From an uncultured Planctomycetia bacterium (GTDB taxonomy: Bacteria; Omnitrophota; Gorgyraeia; Pluralincolimonadales; CAZUZR01), in contig CAZXJX010000001.1 of NCBI GenBank assembly GCA_964641235.1, forward strand, positions 1 to 50,259: a DNA stretch of 50,259 nt. Direction: 5' to 3'. The position numbers and the translations under genes were made by a program. Shown piece by piece: positions 1 through 10,858 of this stretch (position 1 is its first letter; every line of letters begins with the position of its first letter). The notes beneath the pieces were generated by a model. It searched no databases and was not told the origin of the DNA. It saw nothing but the letters and a program-made list of their open reading frames with translations.

Positions 1-1
1 A

Positions 2-343
2 CATCCCTCGATACAGAAATTAGAAGGAATAACCTCCCTGGATTCAAAGGGGTTGCGCCCCGTGCCTCCCTCGTATGCTCAGGCGGTCCGTAACAAAATA
101 AGGAAAAATCTAGGCCCTACAACATCGGGAATTGAAGGCGATATCTTCGTGCGATTTATGATCGATTCTAATGGTGAAATACACGAACTTAGCATAATCG
201 ATGAAAAATCTACGAAAAACGGTTTTTTGAGGGAGGCGGTATTCGAAGCCATAAAAAATTCTTCTCCCTTTCCCAGTTTTCCCAGGGATTTTCTAGCTCC
301 AGCCGTAACGTTTACCTGCCAAATATCATTCGAACTTAAGTAA
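2..343 (+). CDS. TonB C-terminal-domain-like protein, 5' end outside window
   Basis: The frame is open from base 2 to TAA 341-343; the TTG at 53 is only the ORF-caller start. The tail NSSPFPSFPRDF...TFTCQISFEL resembles TonB_C-type domains. Confidence 0.45.
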   Translation, partial: HPSIQKLEGITSLDSKGLRPVPPSYAQAVRNKIRKNLGPTTSGIEGDIFVRFMIDSNGEIHELSIIDEKSTKNGFLREAVFEAIKNSSPFPSFPRDFLAPAVTFTCQISFELK

Positions 344-355
344 CCTTCATTTTCC

Positions 356-384
356 TTGACAATTTTATAACTCTTTGATATATT
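356..384 (+). promoter_or_regulatory. sigma-70-like promoter upstream of rpsU
   Basis: TTGACA (356-361), 17 nt spacer, TATATT (379-384), about 40 nt before the rpsU ATG. Confidence 0.45.
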
Positions 385-424
385 GAAAGTAACGAAAATC
401 CATTATAAAGGGGATGATTAAGTA

Positions 425-610
425 ATGCCGATGGTAGAAGTTGGACAAAATGAGCCTTTAGAAAGAGCCCTAAGGCGATTCAAAAAGAAGATAGAACGAG
501 AAGGGATATTAAAGGCGATAAGGGCAAGAAAACATTACGAGAAGCCCAGCGTGAAGAAGAAAAGAAAACAGATGGAAGCCAAAAGGAAAAATAGGTTCAG
601 CAGATTCTGA
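425..610 (+). CDS. rpsU: 30S ribosomal protein S21
   Basis: 61-aa very basic protein. LERALRRFKKK..EREGIL...RKHYEKPS..KKRK is the typical bS21 pattern. Confidence 0.9.
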   Translation: MPMVEVGQNEPLERALRRFKKKIEREGILKAIRARKHYEKPSVKKKRKQMEAKRKNRFSRF

Positions 611-614
611 TGTA

Positions 615-3257
615 ATGAGGATTTTTTATTTTTTCATTTTTTTATGTCTTATAGCTTCCGTCGGATTTGTATTCCATAACTCAGGCCCGCCAACATTAGA
701 AGAGGAGCAAACTCCCCAGAAGCACACCTTAGATAACGGCCTCACGGTAATCATAAAAAGTTCCAACAAGGTTCCTCTCGTCGCAGTCCAGCTCGTCGTA
801 AAGGCCGGTTCGGCTACGGAGGGAAAGTTCGCCGGCTCCGGAATTTCCCATTTTGTCGAGCATATGATTTTTAAAGGCACGCCTACTTATGGCGTTGGCG
901 AGATAGAGAAACGGATAACATCCTACGGCGGAGACATTAATGCCTCGACCTCTCACGATACGACTCAATTTCACCTTATCGTAAAGAGCGAGCATATTAA
1001 TGAGGCACTGGAACTTTTGTCGGATTATATTTTTGATCCGGCCTTTGACGAAGTCGAATTCGAGAAAGAAAAGCAGGTAATCTTAAACGAGATAAGGATG
1101 AATCGCGATGAGCCGTCGCGTCGTGCCTCCGTACTTCTATGGGAAAATGCCTATCTTTCCCACATCTACAAATATCCCGTGATAGGTTATGAGGATTTAT
1201 TTAAGCGGATAAAAAGGCAGGATCTCATAGAATATCATGAGGCGAATTATATCCCGAATAACATCGTCCTTTCTATAGTGGGCGATATCGAAAGCGTTTC
1301 GGCAATGCGTAGCGTAGAAGAGATATTCGGGAAAAAGCATCGTGAAATAGCCGTTCGGGCATTTACTCCACAGGAACCTTTGCAGATGTCGATGCGGGAA
1401 GCAAGAGAACAAGTTACGGACCTTAAACTGTCGCATCTTTTTCTCGCGTTTCATTCTACCCCTTTAGCAGATAAGGACCTCTATTCTCTCGACCTGCTTG
1501 CGGCGGCATTGGGTCAAGGAGAAAGTTCACGGCTGTATCGTAAATTAGTCAGGGACAAAAAACTTGCCTATTCAGTAGCGGCATTTAATTATACTCCGAA
1601 GGATCCGGGCTTATTTGTGATAGGGTTGACTTTGGAAGAAGATAAGATAGAACGGGCATCGGAGGAAGTTTTAAAGGAATTAGAGAGGATAAAAGCTCGT
1701 TGTGTATCGACGGCTGAACTGAAGAAAGTCAAGAACTCCACATTAAGCGGTTATATTTACGGACGGGAATCTATCGAGGCGCAAGCGGGTGATTATGCGA
1801 TGAATTACGCATTAACAGGGGATTATGATTTTTCAAAGAGGTATATCGAAGGGATAGGTTCGGTCAAAAAACCTGACGTCTTACGGGCTGCGGTTAAATA
1901 TTTCAACCTTAACAATTTGACAATTGTAACGCTTACGCCAAAAAAGGAAAAGGCTGTAAGCGCAGAACCGATTTCAAAAAGGGGCAAGGAGTTCGATATA
2001 AAGAGATTAACTTTACCCAACGGAGCAACGGTTTTGCTGTACGAAGATAATTCCGCGCCGATTGTCTCGATGCACGTTTTATTTAAAGGCGGCGTACGGG
2101 TAGAAGACGAAAAAATAAACGGCATATCTTATCTTACGTCAAATATGCTTCTAAAAGGGACAAAATCCCATCCGGCGGAATGGATATCCGAAGAGGCGGA
2201 ATCCAGAGGGATTATCTTATCGGGCTTTAGCGGAAATAATTCATTTGGTATTTCATTTAAGTGCTTAAAGGACGAATTAGATTTTTCTTTGGGATTAGTC
2301 GCAGACATCTTAAATAACCCGGCTTTCCCTGAAAAGGAAATTAAGATTTCGAAGGAACTTCAGCTTGCGCAACTCAAAGCGCAAGAGGATGACATATTTG
2401 CGACCACATCAAAAACATTACTGAAGACAATTTTTACGACGCATCCTTATAGGATGAATTACGTCGGGACAAAAGAATCTCTTGAAAATCTTGAAAGGGA
2501 AGACCTGTTTAAATTTTATAGGCGATTTGTGGCGCCGGATAACATGGTCGTCGTATTATTCGGCGATATAGATAACGAAAAAATAGAACCTAAGTTAATG
2601 AAGATTTTCGGCAGCATGCGAAGCAACAACTTAGGAGAATTTAAGATATTAAATGAACCTGAACAGAAAGGACCGCGCCAGTCAACCAAAGAGATGCAGA
2701 AGGAACAGGCAGTTTTGATGATAGGATATCCGGGCGTAGACGTTAAAAATCCGGATAAGTACGCCCTCGAGATTATAAATTCCATACTTGGCCGCAACGG
2801 CGGCAGGATATATATGGACATCAGGGAGAAAATCGGACTTTCTTATACCCTCGGTTCTTTTTCGGTATTGGGCCTCGATCCCGGTTATATTGCGTTTTAC
2901 GTAGCCACAAGCGATGAGAAGATGGATTTGGTTAAGGAGGCGCTCTTAAAAGAAATAGAACTTTTTAAAAGAGAAGGCCCTACGGAAGAGGAACTAAATA
3001 TCGCGAAGGCGGATTTATTAGGAAGTTATTTCCGCGAGCTGGAGATAAATTCCGAGATAGGGTTTGAGGTGGGCCTGGATGAATTGTATGGATTAGGATA
3101 TAAAGATATTTTCAGATATCCCGACATAATAGCGTCCATAACTGCCGGCGACGTTATGGAAATTGCAAATAAGTATTTCGCGGATTCAAAATCAAACGTC
3201 GCGATAGTGTCTGCGAACTTAACTAATCGGCAAATTTTAAATAGCGGGGCAAAATAA
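615..3257 (+). CDS. Fused two-unit M16 (pitrilysin/insulinase) family zinc peptidase with N-terminal membrane anchor or signal
   Basis: 880 aa. The first half has the HxxEH motif (HFVEHMIFKGT). The second half is M16-like but lacks HxxEH. Hydrophobic N-terminus. Confidence 0.85.
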   Translation: MRIFYFFIFLCLIASVGFVFHNSGPPTLEEEQTPQKHTLDNGLTVIIKSSNKVPLVAVQLVVKAGSATEGKFAGSGISHFVEHMIFKGTPTYGVGEIEKRITSYGGDINASTSHDTTQFHLIVKSEHINEALELLSDYIFDPAFDEVEFEKEKQVILNEIRMNRDEPSRRASVLLWENAYLSHIYKYPVIGYEDLFKRIKRQDLIEYHEANYIPNNIVLSIVGDIESVSAMRSVEEIFGKKHREIAVRAFTPQEPLQMSMREAREQVTDLKLSHLFLAFHSTPLADKDLYSLDLLAAALGQGESSRLYRKLVRDKKLAYSVAAFNYTPKDPGLFVIGLTLEEDKIERASEEVLKELERIKARCVSTAELKKVKNSTLSGYIYGRESIEAQAGDYAMNYALTGDYDFSKRYIEGIGSVKKPDVLRAAVKYFNLNNLTIVTLTPKKEKAVSAEPISKRGKEFDIKRLTLPNGATVLLYEDNSAPIVSMHVLFKGGVRVEDEKINGISYLTSNMLLKGTKSHPAEWISEEAESRGIILSGFSGNNSFGISFKCLKDELDFSLGLVADILNNPAFPEKEIKISKELQLAQLKAQEDDIFATTSKTLLKTIFTTHPYRMNYVGTKESLENLEREDLFKFYRRFVAPDNMVVVLFGDIDNEKIEPKLMKIFGSMRSNNLGEFKILNEPEQKGPRQSTKEMQKEQAVLMIGYPGVDVKNPDKYALEIINSILGRNGGRIYMDIREKIGLSYTLGSFSVLGLDPGYIAFYVATSDEKMDLVKEALLKEIELFKREGPTEEELNIAKADLLGSYFRELEINSEIGFEVGLDELYGLGYKDIFRYPDIIASITAGDVMEIANKYFADSKSNVAIVSANLTNRQILNSGAK

Positions 3258-3258
3258 G

Positions 3259-4056
3259 ATGATTCGCAACCCCGCAGTTGCGGGACAGTTTTATTCGGGG
3301 ACAAAAACAGCGCTACAAAAAGAAGTTGAGAAGTGCCTGTCGAAAGGTGCGGATAAAATCAAGGCGGTTGGCGTAATGTCTCCTCATGCAGGTTATACGT
3401 ATTCCGGCCCTGTTGCGGGCGCTACGCTTTCCGTCGTCGAATTTGAGGATACGTGCATCATTTTGGGTCCGAATCACACCGGAGAGGGTAAGTCGTTTTC
3501 GATTATGACCGAGGGAACGTGGAGAACGCCGCTGGGCGATTGCGAAATAGATTCCCAATTAGCAAAGGCTATATTGGGAAATTCCGAATATCTTCAGGAA
3601 GATGACAGGGCCCATAGGTACGAACATTCCGTTGAGGTACAGGTCCCTTTTCTGCAGGTCCTGAAGAGCGCTATTAAGATTGTTCCGATAGTGTTGTCCG
3701 ACGCCAAAACCGAAGTTTATAAGGAAATCGGCAGGTGCATCGCTAAATCTCTAAAGGAAAAGCCGGCTACCATAATAGCCAGTTCAGATATGACCCATTA
3801 CGAACCGCAAGATATCGCAAAGGAAAAGGATGGAAAAGCAATTGAGGCAATTTTAAATCTTGATGAAGATGGCCTAATGGCGGTTATCAGGAAATACGGT
3901 ATTTCAATGTGCGGTTATGCGCCTTCCTGTGTTATGCTGGCTGCATCAAAAGAACTAGGCGCTAAAAGGGCGAAGCTCATTAAGTATCAAACCAGCGGCG
4001 ATATAACCGGCGATTACAATGGTGTTGTAGGTTATGCCGGTATTGTAGTTTATTAA
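3259..4056 (+). CDS. MEMO1 / AmmeMemoRadiSam system protein B family protein
   Basis: N-terminal RNPAVAGQFY plus the SPHAGY.YSG and DMTHYE blocks characteristic of the Memo-like family. Confidence 0.8.
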   Translation: MIRNPAVAGQFYSGTKTALQKEVEKCLSKGADKIKAVGVMSPHAGYTYSGPVAGATLSVVEFEDTCIILGPNHTGEGKSFSIMTEGTWRTPLGDCEIDSQLAKAILGNSEYLQEDDRAHRYEHSVEVQVPFLQVLKSAIKIVPIVLSDAKTEVYKEIGRCIAKSLKEKPATIIASSDMTHYEPQDIAKEKDGKAIEAILNLDEDGLMAVIRKYGISMCGYAPSCVMLAASKELGAKRAKLIKYQTSGDITGDYNGVVGYAGIVVY

Positions 4057-4060
4057 ATGG

Positions 4061-4089
4061 TTGACCTGTTACTTAAGTTGGGTTAATAT
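4061..4089 (+). promoter_or_regulatory. possible promoter of rmuC
   Basis: TTGACC (4061-4066), 17 nt spacer, TAATAT (4084-4089). Confidence 0.3.
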
Positions 4090-4142
4090 AATTCTGATGA
4101 TATGCTATATACCCTGAGGCTTAAATATGCAAAGAAGGCAAA

Positions 4143-5114
4143 GTGCTAATACTTAGTATAATATTTTTAATCGTTGCTTTTACTATAATCCTGATTGCGC
4201 TCCATTTGTTAAAAGAAGTGAGAAGGCTGCCAAAGGATATCTCCTTATCCGTAACCGATGCCTTACAGGTGACGACGGGCGCGATCGGCGATATAAATCG
4301 CAGCCTCGGAGAATTGGGCATCAGAGGAAAACAATTTGAGGATTTTGGGAAAGCAATAAATGAGATCGGCAGCCTTTTAAGGCCACCGCATATAAGGGGC
4401 ATGACGGGAGAAATCCTTCTCGAGAAGATATTATCCGATATGCTCCCTGCGGGAATATACGAAATGAAATATAGCTTTCAGTCCGGAGAACAGGTCGATG
4501 CCGTGATTAAATTTCGTGAGTATATTTTGCCGATAGACTCAAAATTTCCGTTGGATAACTTTAAGAGGATGCTCGAATGTGAGGCGGAGGATGACAAAAG
4601 ACGTTGTTATAGGGAGTTTGTGCAAGCGGTCAAGAAACAGATCGACAGCATTTCAAAAAAATATATTTTGCCCAACGAAAACACGTTCGAGTTCGCATTT
4701 ATGTATGTTCCCTCGGAAAGCGTATATTATGAGGCAATTGTGAGGGATAAGCAATACGGAGAAGAAAATGCATTGCTTTTTTACGCGACGAAGAACAGGG
4801 TTTATATCGTATCGCCGGCCACATTATACCCTTACATCTCAACCATCGTGCACGGGCTTAAAGCGCTTAGGATAGAAGAAAACGCCAAACAGATTTTAGA
4901 GAGGATAGGGGCCTTGCGAAAGGATTTCGAGGATTTCAAGGATGTTTTTGATATAATGGGCGGCCATTTAAGCGACGCATATAAAAAGTATGTCGTTGAG
5001 GCCGCCAGAAAGTTATCGAAAGTCGAGACGGACCTTTCCTCCCTTGAATTACACCACAAGGATGAGCCGGATTTGAAAAAATCGCCAGAAGAGAAAGGCG
5101 TTTTAATCAAGTGA
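4143..5114 (+). CDS. rmuC: DNA recombination protein RmuC
   Basis: N-terminal TM helix followed by RmuC-like blocks (VDAVIKF...PIDSKFPL, FAFMYVPSESVYYE). GTG start. Confidence 0.8.
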   Translation: MLILSIIFLIVAFTIILIALHLLKEVRRLPKDISLSVTDALQVTTGAIGDINRSLGELGIRGKQFEDFGKAINEIGSLLRPPHIRGMTGEILLEKILSDMLPAGIYEMKYSFQSGEQVDAVIKFREYILPIDSKFPLDNFKRMLECEAEDDKRRCYREFVQAVKKQIDSISKKYILPNENTFEFAFMYVPSESVYYEAIVRDKQYGEENALLFYATKNRVYIVSPATLYPYISTIVHGLKALRIEENAKQILERIGALRKDFEDFKDVFDIMGGHLSDAYKKYVVEAARKLSKVETDLSSLELHHKDEPDLKKSPEEKGVLIK

Positions 5115-6067
5115 AGGGTAGAATATTCTTTTTTTTAAGAATAGGGATTAGCCTTGGCTTCTTACTTCTTTTACTTTGGCTTGGGCGGAAAGACTTTCCT
5201 ACTATCGCCAAGGTTTTAAAAAATGCTAATGCTCTTCTTTTAGGCATAGCAGTGGTTTTGTACATTATTGCAATTTCCGTAATCGCTTTGAGGTTTAGGA
5301 AAATACTTTCGATACAGGGATTAAATTTAAAATTTAGGGAAGTGTTATATTTAAATTTCGTAGGGCTTTTTTTTAACAATTTTTTACCAACCTCGGTCGG
5401 CGGAGATTTGGTCAAGGCTTATTATACTACAAAGAAGACGACAAAAAAACTGGAGTCTTTTTCATCGGTATTTTTCGATCGATTCTTCGGATTCCTTTCT
5501 ATCGGGTTTTTGGCTCTCTTTGGAATTTTATTTTTAAAGGGGAAAATCGAAGACAAGTCGTTACTTTGGGGGTCGATATTATTTTTGGTTGTGGTTTTTT
5601 CATTTTTTATTATTTTTTTCAGTAAGGCCTTAGCAAAGAAGTTGTTTTCCAGATTTCTGGATTTACCGTTTTTAAAGGATGGCTCGAAACTAAGGCGCCT
5701 TTACAATGCTATTAATGCATACAAAAAACACAAGGTCGTCATAGCCCAACTCATAGGCATCTCCTTGGCAGCCCAAATGATATCCGTGGTTGCGATATAT
5801 ATTATAATAAAAAGTTTATCTCAGGATATATCGCTATTATATTTGTTTTTGATAATGCCGTTGGTTTCTATTGCCTCGATGATGCCATCAATAAATGGCC
5901 TTGGAATACGGGAGGGGGCTTATGTCTTTTTTTTAAGCGAGTTCATTAGCAGAGAGAGTGCCTTTGCTGTTTCTATTTTATCGCTGGCGCTTATTTTTAT
6001 CACAAGCTTAATCGGCGGAGTACTATATCTATTTTCTGGAAAATTATATAAAATTGCTTTGGAATAA
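5111..6067 (+). CDS. Flippase-like (UPF0104 / lysylphosphatidylglycerol synthase TM region) membrane protein
   Basis: Polytopic membrane protein with FLPTSVGGDLVKAYY and NGLGIREG blocks. The GTG start overlaps the rmuC stop. Confidence 0.65.
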   Translation: MKGRIFFFLRIGISLGFLLLLLWLGRKDFPTIAKVLKNANALLLGIAVVLYIIAISVIALRFRKILSIQGLNLKFREVLYLNFVGLFFNNFLPTSVGGDLVKAYYTTKKTTKKLESFSSVFFDRFFGFLSIGFLALFGILFLKGKIEDKSLLWGSILFLVVVFSFFIIFFSKALAKKLFSRFLDLPFLKDGSKLRRLYNAINAYKKHKVVIAQLIGISLAAQMISVVAIYIIIKSLSQDISLLYLFLIMPLVSIASMMPSINGLGIREGAYVFFLSEFISRESAFAVSILSLALIFITSLIGGVLYLFSGKLYKIALE

Positions 6068-6082
6068 AGGGAGGAAATTTAA

Positions 6083-6244
6083 ATGATCGATGAAGAACTG
6101 CTTAAGATATTAGCGTGTCCCAAATGTAAATCCGACGTTGAGTTGAAAGAAAATAGGATAGTTTGTAAAAATCCCGATTGCGGTTTAAAATACCATATCA
6201 GGGACGGAATACCCATTATGTTAATCGATGAGGCGGAGAAATAA
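6083..6244 (+). CDS. Trm112 family (UPF0434) small zinc-ribbon protein
   Basis: 53-aa ORF absent from the ORF track: [61 protein letters not shown] lies upstream. Classic Trm112 pattern. Confidence 0.75.
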   Translation: MIDEELLKILACPKCKSDVELKENRIVCKNPDCGLKYHIRDGIPIMLIDEAEK

Positions 6245-6245
6245 T

Positions 6246-6692
6246 ATGCCAAAGATATTGGTCATACACGGCCCGAATCTAAACCTGTTGGGCGAACGGG
6301 AACCGAATATCTACGGCAAGTTTACCTTGGATGCGATCAATAAAGAACTTAAAAAAATCGCAAAGGACGAAGGGATAACCCTTGAGACTTTTCAGTCCAA
6401 TCACGAAGGCGAAATCGTGGAAAAGATAGGCAGGGCAAAGGGTAAATTCGATTCTTTATTGATCAACCCCGCCGCTTATACGCATACTTCGGTCGCCATT
6501 AGAGACGCAATACAGGCCACGGGGATTCCGACGGTAGAGGTTCATATTTCAAACATTTATGCCCGTGAAGAATTCCGTCATACTTCCTTGATTGCTCCGG
6601 TTGCCGTCGGGCAGGTAAGCGGCTTCGGGATAAACAGTTACAAACTGGGCCTTAAGGCCGCTATCGATATAGCGAAAAAAAGAAAGCGATAA
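6246..6692 (+). CDS. aroQ: Type II 3-dehydroquinate dehydratase
   Basis: [24 protein letters not shown]...[13 protein letters not shown]...EVHISNI. The ATG at 6246 is preferred to the track start at 6228. Confidence 0.9.
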   Translation: MPKILVIHGPNLNLLGEREPNIYGKFTLDAINKELKKIAKDEGITLETFQSNHEGEIVEKIGRAKGKFDSLLINPAAYTHTSVAIRDAIQATGIPTVEVHISNIYAREEFRHTSLIAPVAVGQVSGFGINSYKLGLKAAIDIAKKRKR

Positions 6693-6701
6693 AAATACTT
6701 T

Positions 6702-6750
6702 AGCGGGCAAGTGCTATTTTACGATTCAAAAATAGAACTGCCCGCTTTTT
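6702..6750 (+). terminator. Rho-independent terminator after aroQ
   Basis: AGCGGGCA (6702-6709) pairs with TGCCCGCT (6739-6746). There is an inner CTATTTT/AAAATAG stem, followed by TTTT. Confidence 0.7.
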
Positions 6751-6767
6751 ACCCAATTCAAAGAGTT

Positions 6768-7844
6768 ATGAGAACCAGAGAAACTAAATTAATATCGAAG
6801 CGTATAGATAAAATTATGAATAGTTGCGAGGGAGAGGCGATCGATGCGCTCCTGGTTACAAAACCCGCAAACGTGCGATACTTAAGCGGTTTTCAGGGCA
6901 ATGAGGCAAGTTTATTTTTAACCAAACAGAGATTTTTAATTACCGATTTCAGGTATGGATTACAGGCAAGGAAGGAAGTTAAAGGTTTTGAAATCAAATT
7001 AATAAACGGTTCATTCTTTGAATTAATAGGCGATTTGGCAAAAACTTTTAAGACCAAGCGGCTTGGATTCGAATATAAACACCTTTCTTACGGAGAGCAC
7101 GAGCATATAAAAAAGCATTTGAGCGGCATAGATTTTATACCGACTTTTGATGTCGTCGAGAAATTCAGGCAAATAAAAGATGCTTACGAGATAAAACTCA
7201 TAAAAGATTCAATTGGAATTTCGAATAAAGCAATAAACCATTTTAAATCTATATTAAAACCGCGTTCAACCGAAAATGATTTAGCCGCAGAAATGGAGCA
7301 TTTTATTAAGTCGATGAGCGGTGAAAGGAGTTCCTTTGAGGTAATGGTCGCTTCAGGGACTAATTCCGCGCTGCCGCATGCCAGGCCAAGCGTTCGTAAA
7401 GTTCAGTCTAACGATATGGTCTTATTGGACTTAGGCGCCAATTACAAGGGGTATAATTCCGACTTGACACGCATATTCTTTTTGGGTAAAATTAAAGCCA
7501 GAAATAAAAAGATTTATGATATCGTAAAAGAGGCCCAAAGACGTTCTGTGCGGGCGATCCGACCCGGCGCAGATATAGCGAAGGTCGACGGGGTCGCAAG
7601 GGATTTTATCCGACGGAATGGATTTGGAAAATCTTTCGGTCACGCGTTAGGCCACGGGATAGGGCTTGAGGTCCACGAGAGCCCTGCCATATCGCATAAG
7701 AATCACGCCATATTAAAACCGGGAATGGTCTTTACAGTTGAACCAGCCATCTATTTGCCTAATTGGGGTGGAATAAGGATCGAGGATATGGTTTTGGTTA
7801 CTCGAAACGGACACGAGGTATTGACTGATGATATCTACAAGTGA
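6768..7844 (+). CDS. pepP: Xaa-Pro aminopeptidase (M24B family)
   Basis: M24 metal-ligand blocks DLGANYKGYNSDLTR, HALGHGIGLEVHE and RIEDMV. ATG 6768 is chosen because the track start GTG 6711 lies inside the aroQ terminator. Confidence 0.85.
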   Translation: MRTRETKLISKRIDKIMNSCEGEAIDALLVTKPANVRYLSGFQGNEASLFLTKQRFLITDFRYGLQARKEVKGFEIKLINGSFFELIGDLAKTFKTKRLGFEYKHLSYGEHEHIKKHLSGIDFIPTFDVVEKFRQIKDAYEIKLIKDSIGISNKAINHFKSILKPRSTENDLAAEMEHFIKSMSGERSSFEVMVASGTNSALPHARPSVRKVQSNDMVLLDLGANYKGYNSDLTRIFFLGKIKARNKKIYDIVKEAQRRSVRAIRPGADIAKVDGVARDFIRRNGFGKSFGHALGHGIGLEVHESPAISHKNHAILKPGMVFTVEPAIYLPNWGGIRIEDMVLVTRNGHEVLTDDIYK

Positions 7845-8385
7845 GTTTAAAAACGGCCTTACTATAAAACTGGAAGGGCAGTTATTTCAGATTATAGAAT
7901 TTCAACATGTCAAACCCGGCAAGGGAGGGGCCTTTGTCAAGACGAAACTGCGTAGTTTAACCACGGGCAACGTCCTCGAAAAGACTTTTCGTGCCGGCGA
8001 GAAAGTCGAGGATGCTTTCATCGAATACAAGAAACTTCAATTCCTTTATTCCTCAGGCGATGATTATCATTTTATGGACCAAGAGACTTTCGAACAATTT
8101 GGGTTAAACGTTCAGCAGCTTGGGGACGTCGTACATTACCTAAAAGAGAACATAACAGTTACGGCTTCATTCTTCGAAGGCAAATTAATTGATCTCGAAC
8201 CGCCCATATTCGTTGAGCTTAAAGTCGTCGAAGCCGAGCCCGGATTAAAGGGCGATACCGCAAAGAGCGGGACAAAGTCCGTAAAGCTGGAAACAGGATA
8301 CATTATCCAGGCGCCGTTATTTATAGAAGCGGACGATGTCTTAAAGATAGATACCCGCACCGGCGAATATGCGGAGAGGGTATAA
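7828..8385 (+). CDS. efp: Elongation factor P
   Basis: STSEFKNGL.I...G....I.EFQHVKPGKGGAFVKTKL is the canonical EF-P N-terminus. Confidence 0.95.
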   Translation: MISTSEFKNGLTIKLEGQLFQIIEFQHVKPGKGGAFVKTKLRSLTTGNVLEKTFRAGEKVEDAFIEYKKLQFLYSSGDDYHFMDQETFEQFGLNVQQLGDVVHYLKENITVTASFFEGKLIDLEPPIFVELKVVEAEPGLKGDTAKSGTKSVKLETGYIIQAPLFIEADDVLKIDTRTGEYAERV

Positions 8386-8407
8386 GGGGCCTTAAAAGGG
8401 GGATGAT

Positions 8408-8860
8408 ATGAACCTTAAAGAACTCAAAGAGATGATATCCTTGATGAACGAGAACAACCTTGTTGAAATTGAGATCGAAAGAGAGGGTTTAAGGATCAGG
8501 ATTAAAAAAGGAATTTCAGGGATTCCGGAGATAACTGAGGAGAAATATATAATTCAACCATCTGCGGCTGCGATGGCAGCGACGCCGGCGAAAGAAGCAG
8601 AAGCTCCGACGATAAAACAAGTAGAAATAAAGTCGCCTATGGTCGGTACATTTTATAGGGCCCCGGCACCTGATGCCCCGCCATTTGTCGAGGTCGGCGA
8701 TGAAATAGAACCCGGCCAGGTGATTTGCATAATCGAGGCAATGAAATTAATGAACGAGATAAAGGCAGAGATAAAAGGCAGAGTCGTTGAGATACTTATT
8801 GAAAATGCGGCTCCCGTAGAATTTGGCCAGGTCCTCTTTTTTATTGAGCCCACACCGTAA
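8408..8860 (+). CDS. accB: Acetyl-CoA carboxylase biotin carboxyl carrier protein
   Basis: Ala/Pro-rich linker and biotinylation motif [10 protein letters not shown]. Confidence 0.9.
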   Translation: MNLKELKEMISLMNENNLVEIEIEREGLRIRIKKGISGIPEITEEKYIIQPSAAAMAATPAKEAEAPTIKQVEIKSPMVGTFYRAPAPDAPPFVEVGDEIEPGQVICIIEAMKLMNEIKAEIKGRVVEILIENAAPVEFGQVLFFIEPTP

Positions 8861-8863
8861 AAG

Positions 8864-10222
8864 ATGTTTTCCAAAATATTAATCGCAAACAGAGGAGAGG
8901 TTGCCCTCAGGATTATAAGGGCGTGCAAGGAGCTTGGGATAAGAACGGTTGCTGTATATTCGAAAGCCGATTCTGATTCGTTGCATGTGAAGTTTGCGGA
9001 TGAAGCGGTTTGTATCGGCAGCGCTTCCCCACAGAACAGTTATCTTAATATTCCAAGCATTATTAGCGCAGCGGAGATAACCGATGTCGAGGCAATACAC
9101 CCGGGCTATGGATTTTTGGCCGAAAATGCGCATTTTGCCGAGATTTGCCAATCCTGTCAGATTAAATTCATCGGCCCGCCCCCTGAAGCTATGCGGCTGA
9201 TGGGCGACAAGATGGCGGCTAAAGAGACGATGAGGAAAGCAGGCCTTCCGATAATTCCGGGGAGCATGTCCGTCATAAAAAATAAAGATGAGGCATTAAA
9301 TACCGCCCACAGGATTAAATATCCCGTTATAATTAAAGCTGCCGCGGGCGGAGGAGGACGCGGAATGCGAGTGGCGCACAATGACGTCAGGCTCATCAGC
9401 GCGCTTATGACTTGCCAGGCGGAAGCGGAGGCCGCTTTCGGCAGTCCCGATGTTTATATAGAAAAATATATCGGTAATCCGCGTCACGTGGAATTTCAGA
9501 TAGTAGCGGATAATTACGGACATATCGTTCATCTCGGCGAAAGGGATTGTACCATACAAAGGCGCCATCAAAAATTGCTCGAGGAATCTCCTTCTCCCGC
9601 AGTGGATAATAAACTTAGAAAGAAAATGGGGGAAGCGGCAGTACGCGGAGCAAAGGCAGCTAATTATTCCAACGTCGGAACTATCGAATTCCTTTTAGTG
9701 GACAGCAGCAATTTCTATTTTATGGAGATGAATACCCGGATACAAGTTGAACATCCCGTCACGGAGATGGTAACTAATATAGATTTGATCAAAGAACAGA
9801 TAAAAATAGCCGCGGGCGAAAAATTATCTTTCGGCCAAGATGATATTAAAATAAACGGAGCGGCAATCGAATGCCGTATTAATGCCGAGGACCCGGATTG
9901 CGGTTTTATGCCTTCTCCTGGAAAGATAACTTTTTATCATCAACCGGGAGGGCCCGGCGTGCGAGTCGATTCTCATGTCTATCAGGGTTACGAGATAACG
10001 TCTCATTACGATTCGATGATCGCTAAGATTATAACGCACGGCAAGAATCGCGCAGAGGCGATTCAGATTATGCAACGGGCGTTATCGGAACTTACGATCG
10101 ACCCGATAAAAACGACGGTAGAATTTCACAGGCGCGTAATTTCAGACCCCGAGTTTTTGCGCGGGCAGATAACGACCGAGTTTGTTGAAAAATTTATGGG
10201 AGAGAAGGAGGCTACGCAATGA
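8864..10222 (+). CDS. accC: Acetyl-CoA carboxylase biotin carboxylase subunit
   Basis: [29 protein letters not shown] and [14 protein letters not shown] blocks. Confidence 0.95.
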   Translation: MFSKILIANRGEVALRIIRACKELGIRTVAVYSKADSDSLHVKFADEAVCIGSASPQNSYLNIPSIISAAEITDVEAIHPGYGFLAENAHFAEICQSCQIKFIGPPPEAMRLMGDKMAAKETMRKAGLPIIPGSMSVIKNKDEALNTAHRIKYPVIIKAAAGGGGRGMRVAHNDVRLISALMTCQAEAEAAFGSPDVYIEKYIGNPRHVEFQIVADNYGHIVHLGERDCTIQRRHQKLLEESPSPAVDNKLRKKMGEAAVRGAKAANYSNVGTIEFLLVDSSNFYFMEMNTRIQVEHPVTEMVTNIDLIKEQIKIAAGEKLSFGQDDIKINGAAIECRINAEDPDCGFMPSPGKITFYHQPGGPGVRVDSHVYQGYEITSHYDSMIAKIITHGKNRAEAIQIMQRALSELTIDPIKTTVEFHRRVISDPEFLRGQITTEFVEKFMGEKEATQ

Positions 10223-10830
10223 AAATTTTAAGCAAAATCAGCATGCTATTTTTCTTGATATTGTTTATTTCTGTAGGGATATTTTTAATTGCCGTAGGAC
10301 TTAAGCTTATTCCGGCCGAATCCATATTAAATGCGATTGATTATATTTATGCTGCGAGGGATTTAAGGATAGGCATCTTTGGCGTAGGGGTTTTGTTGAT
10401 TTTAATTTCTTTTGCGGCCTATCAATTTACTATAGTGCGCATACATCAGCAGAAGAACATAGCCTTTAATAACCCTGACGGGCAGGTCTCTATTTCTCTG
10501 TCTGCCATCGAAGAATTTATAAAACGAATCGGCTCTTCGCTTCCTGAGGTTAAGGATTTAAAATCGGATTGCATAGCTACCAAAAAAGGCATAGATATTT
10601 CAACGAAGATAATATTTTGGTCGGATGCGAATATCCCGGAGGCAACGGAAAAGATTCAGAGCTTGGTTAAGGCTCGAGTCCAAGAGATGCTGGGAATCGA
10701 TGAGCCGATTATAGTAAAAATCCACGTCACAAAAATAGCGGCGCGGGAAGAAGAAAAAAAATCTAAAGCGGAAAAAGAGAAAGAAGATGTAAGTATTCCG
10801 TTTCGCGGCATGGAGTATAAAAACGATTGA
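10219..10830 (+). CDS. Membrane-anchored Asp23/Gls24-like protein (AmaP-like)
   Basis: Two N-terminal TM helices, an Asp23-like core ([14 protein letters not shown]...) and a Lys/Glu-rich tail. Sits directly after accBC, as the Asp23-family gene does in some Firmicutes. Confidence 0.45.
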   Translation: MKILSKISMLFFLILFISVGIFLIAVGLKLIPAESILNAIDYIYAARDLRIGIFGVGVLLILISFAAYQFTIVRIHQQKNIAFNNPDGQVSISLSAIEEFIKRIGSSLPEVKDLKSDCIATKKGIDISTKIIFWSDANIPEATEKIQSLVKARVQEMLGIDEPIIVKIHVTKIAAREEEKKSKAEKEKEDVSIPFRGMEYKND

Positions 10831-10858
10831 GATTCGATAGCAAGGAGGCAAAATTAAT

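Noticed and set aside
626-3304. Multiple 60-140-aa antisense ORFs inside long genes, here inside the M16 peptidase and likewise throughout the track
   Set aside because: They are fully contained in well-supported genes on the opposite strand, have no SD or promoter signals, and have skewed composition. These are typical shadow ORFs.
6711-6767. Upstream extensions of track ORFs: pepP GTG 6711; similarly aroQ 6228, aroB 27776, GNAT 29673, ExeA TTG 32761, REase TTG 47576
   Set aside because: The extensions overlap terminators, promoters or the preceding gene, and add residues absent from the families. Internal ATG/GTG codons with better SD spacing were chosen.
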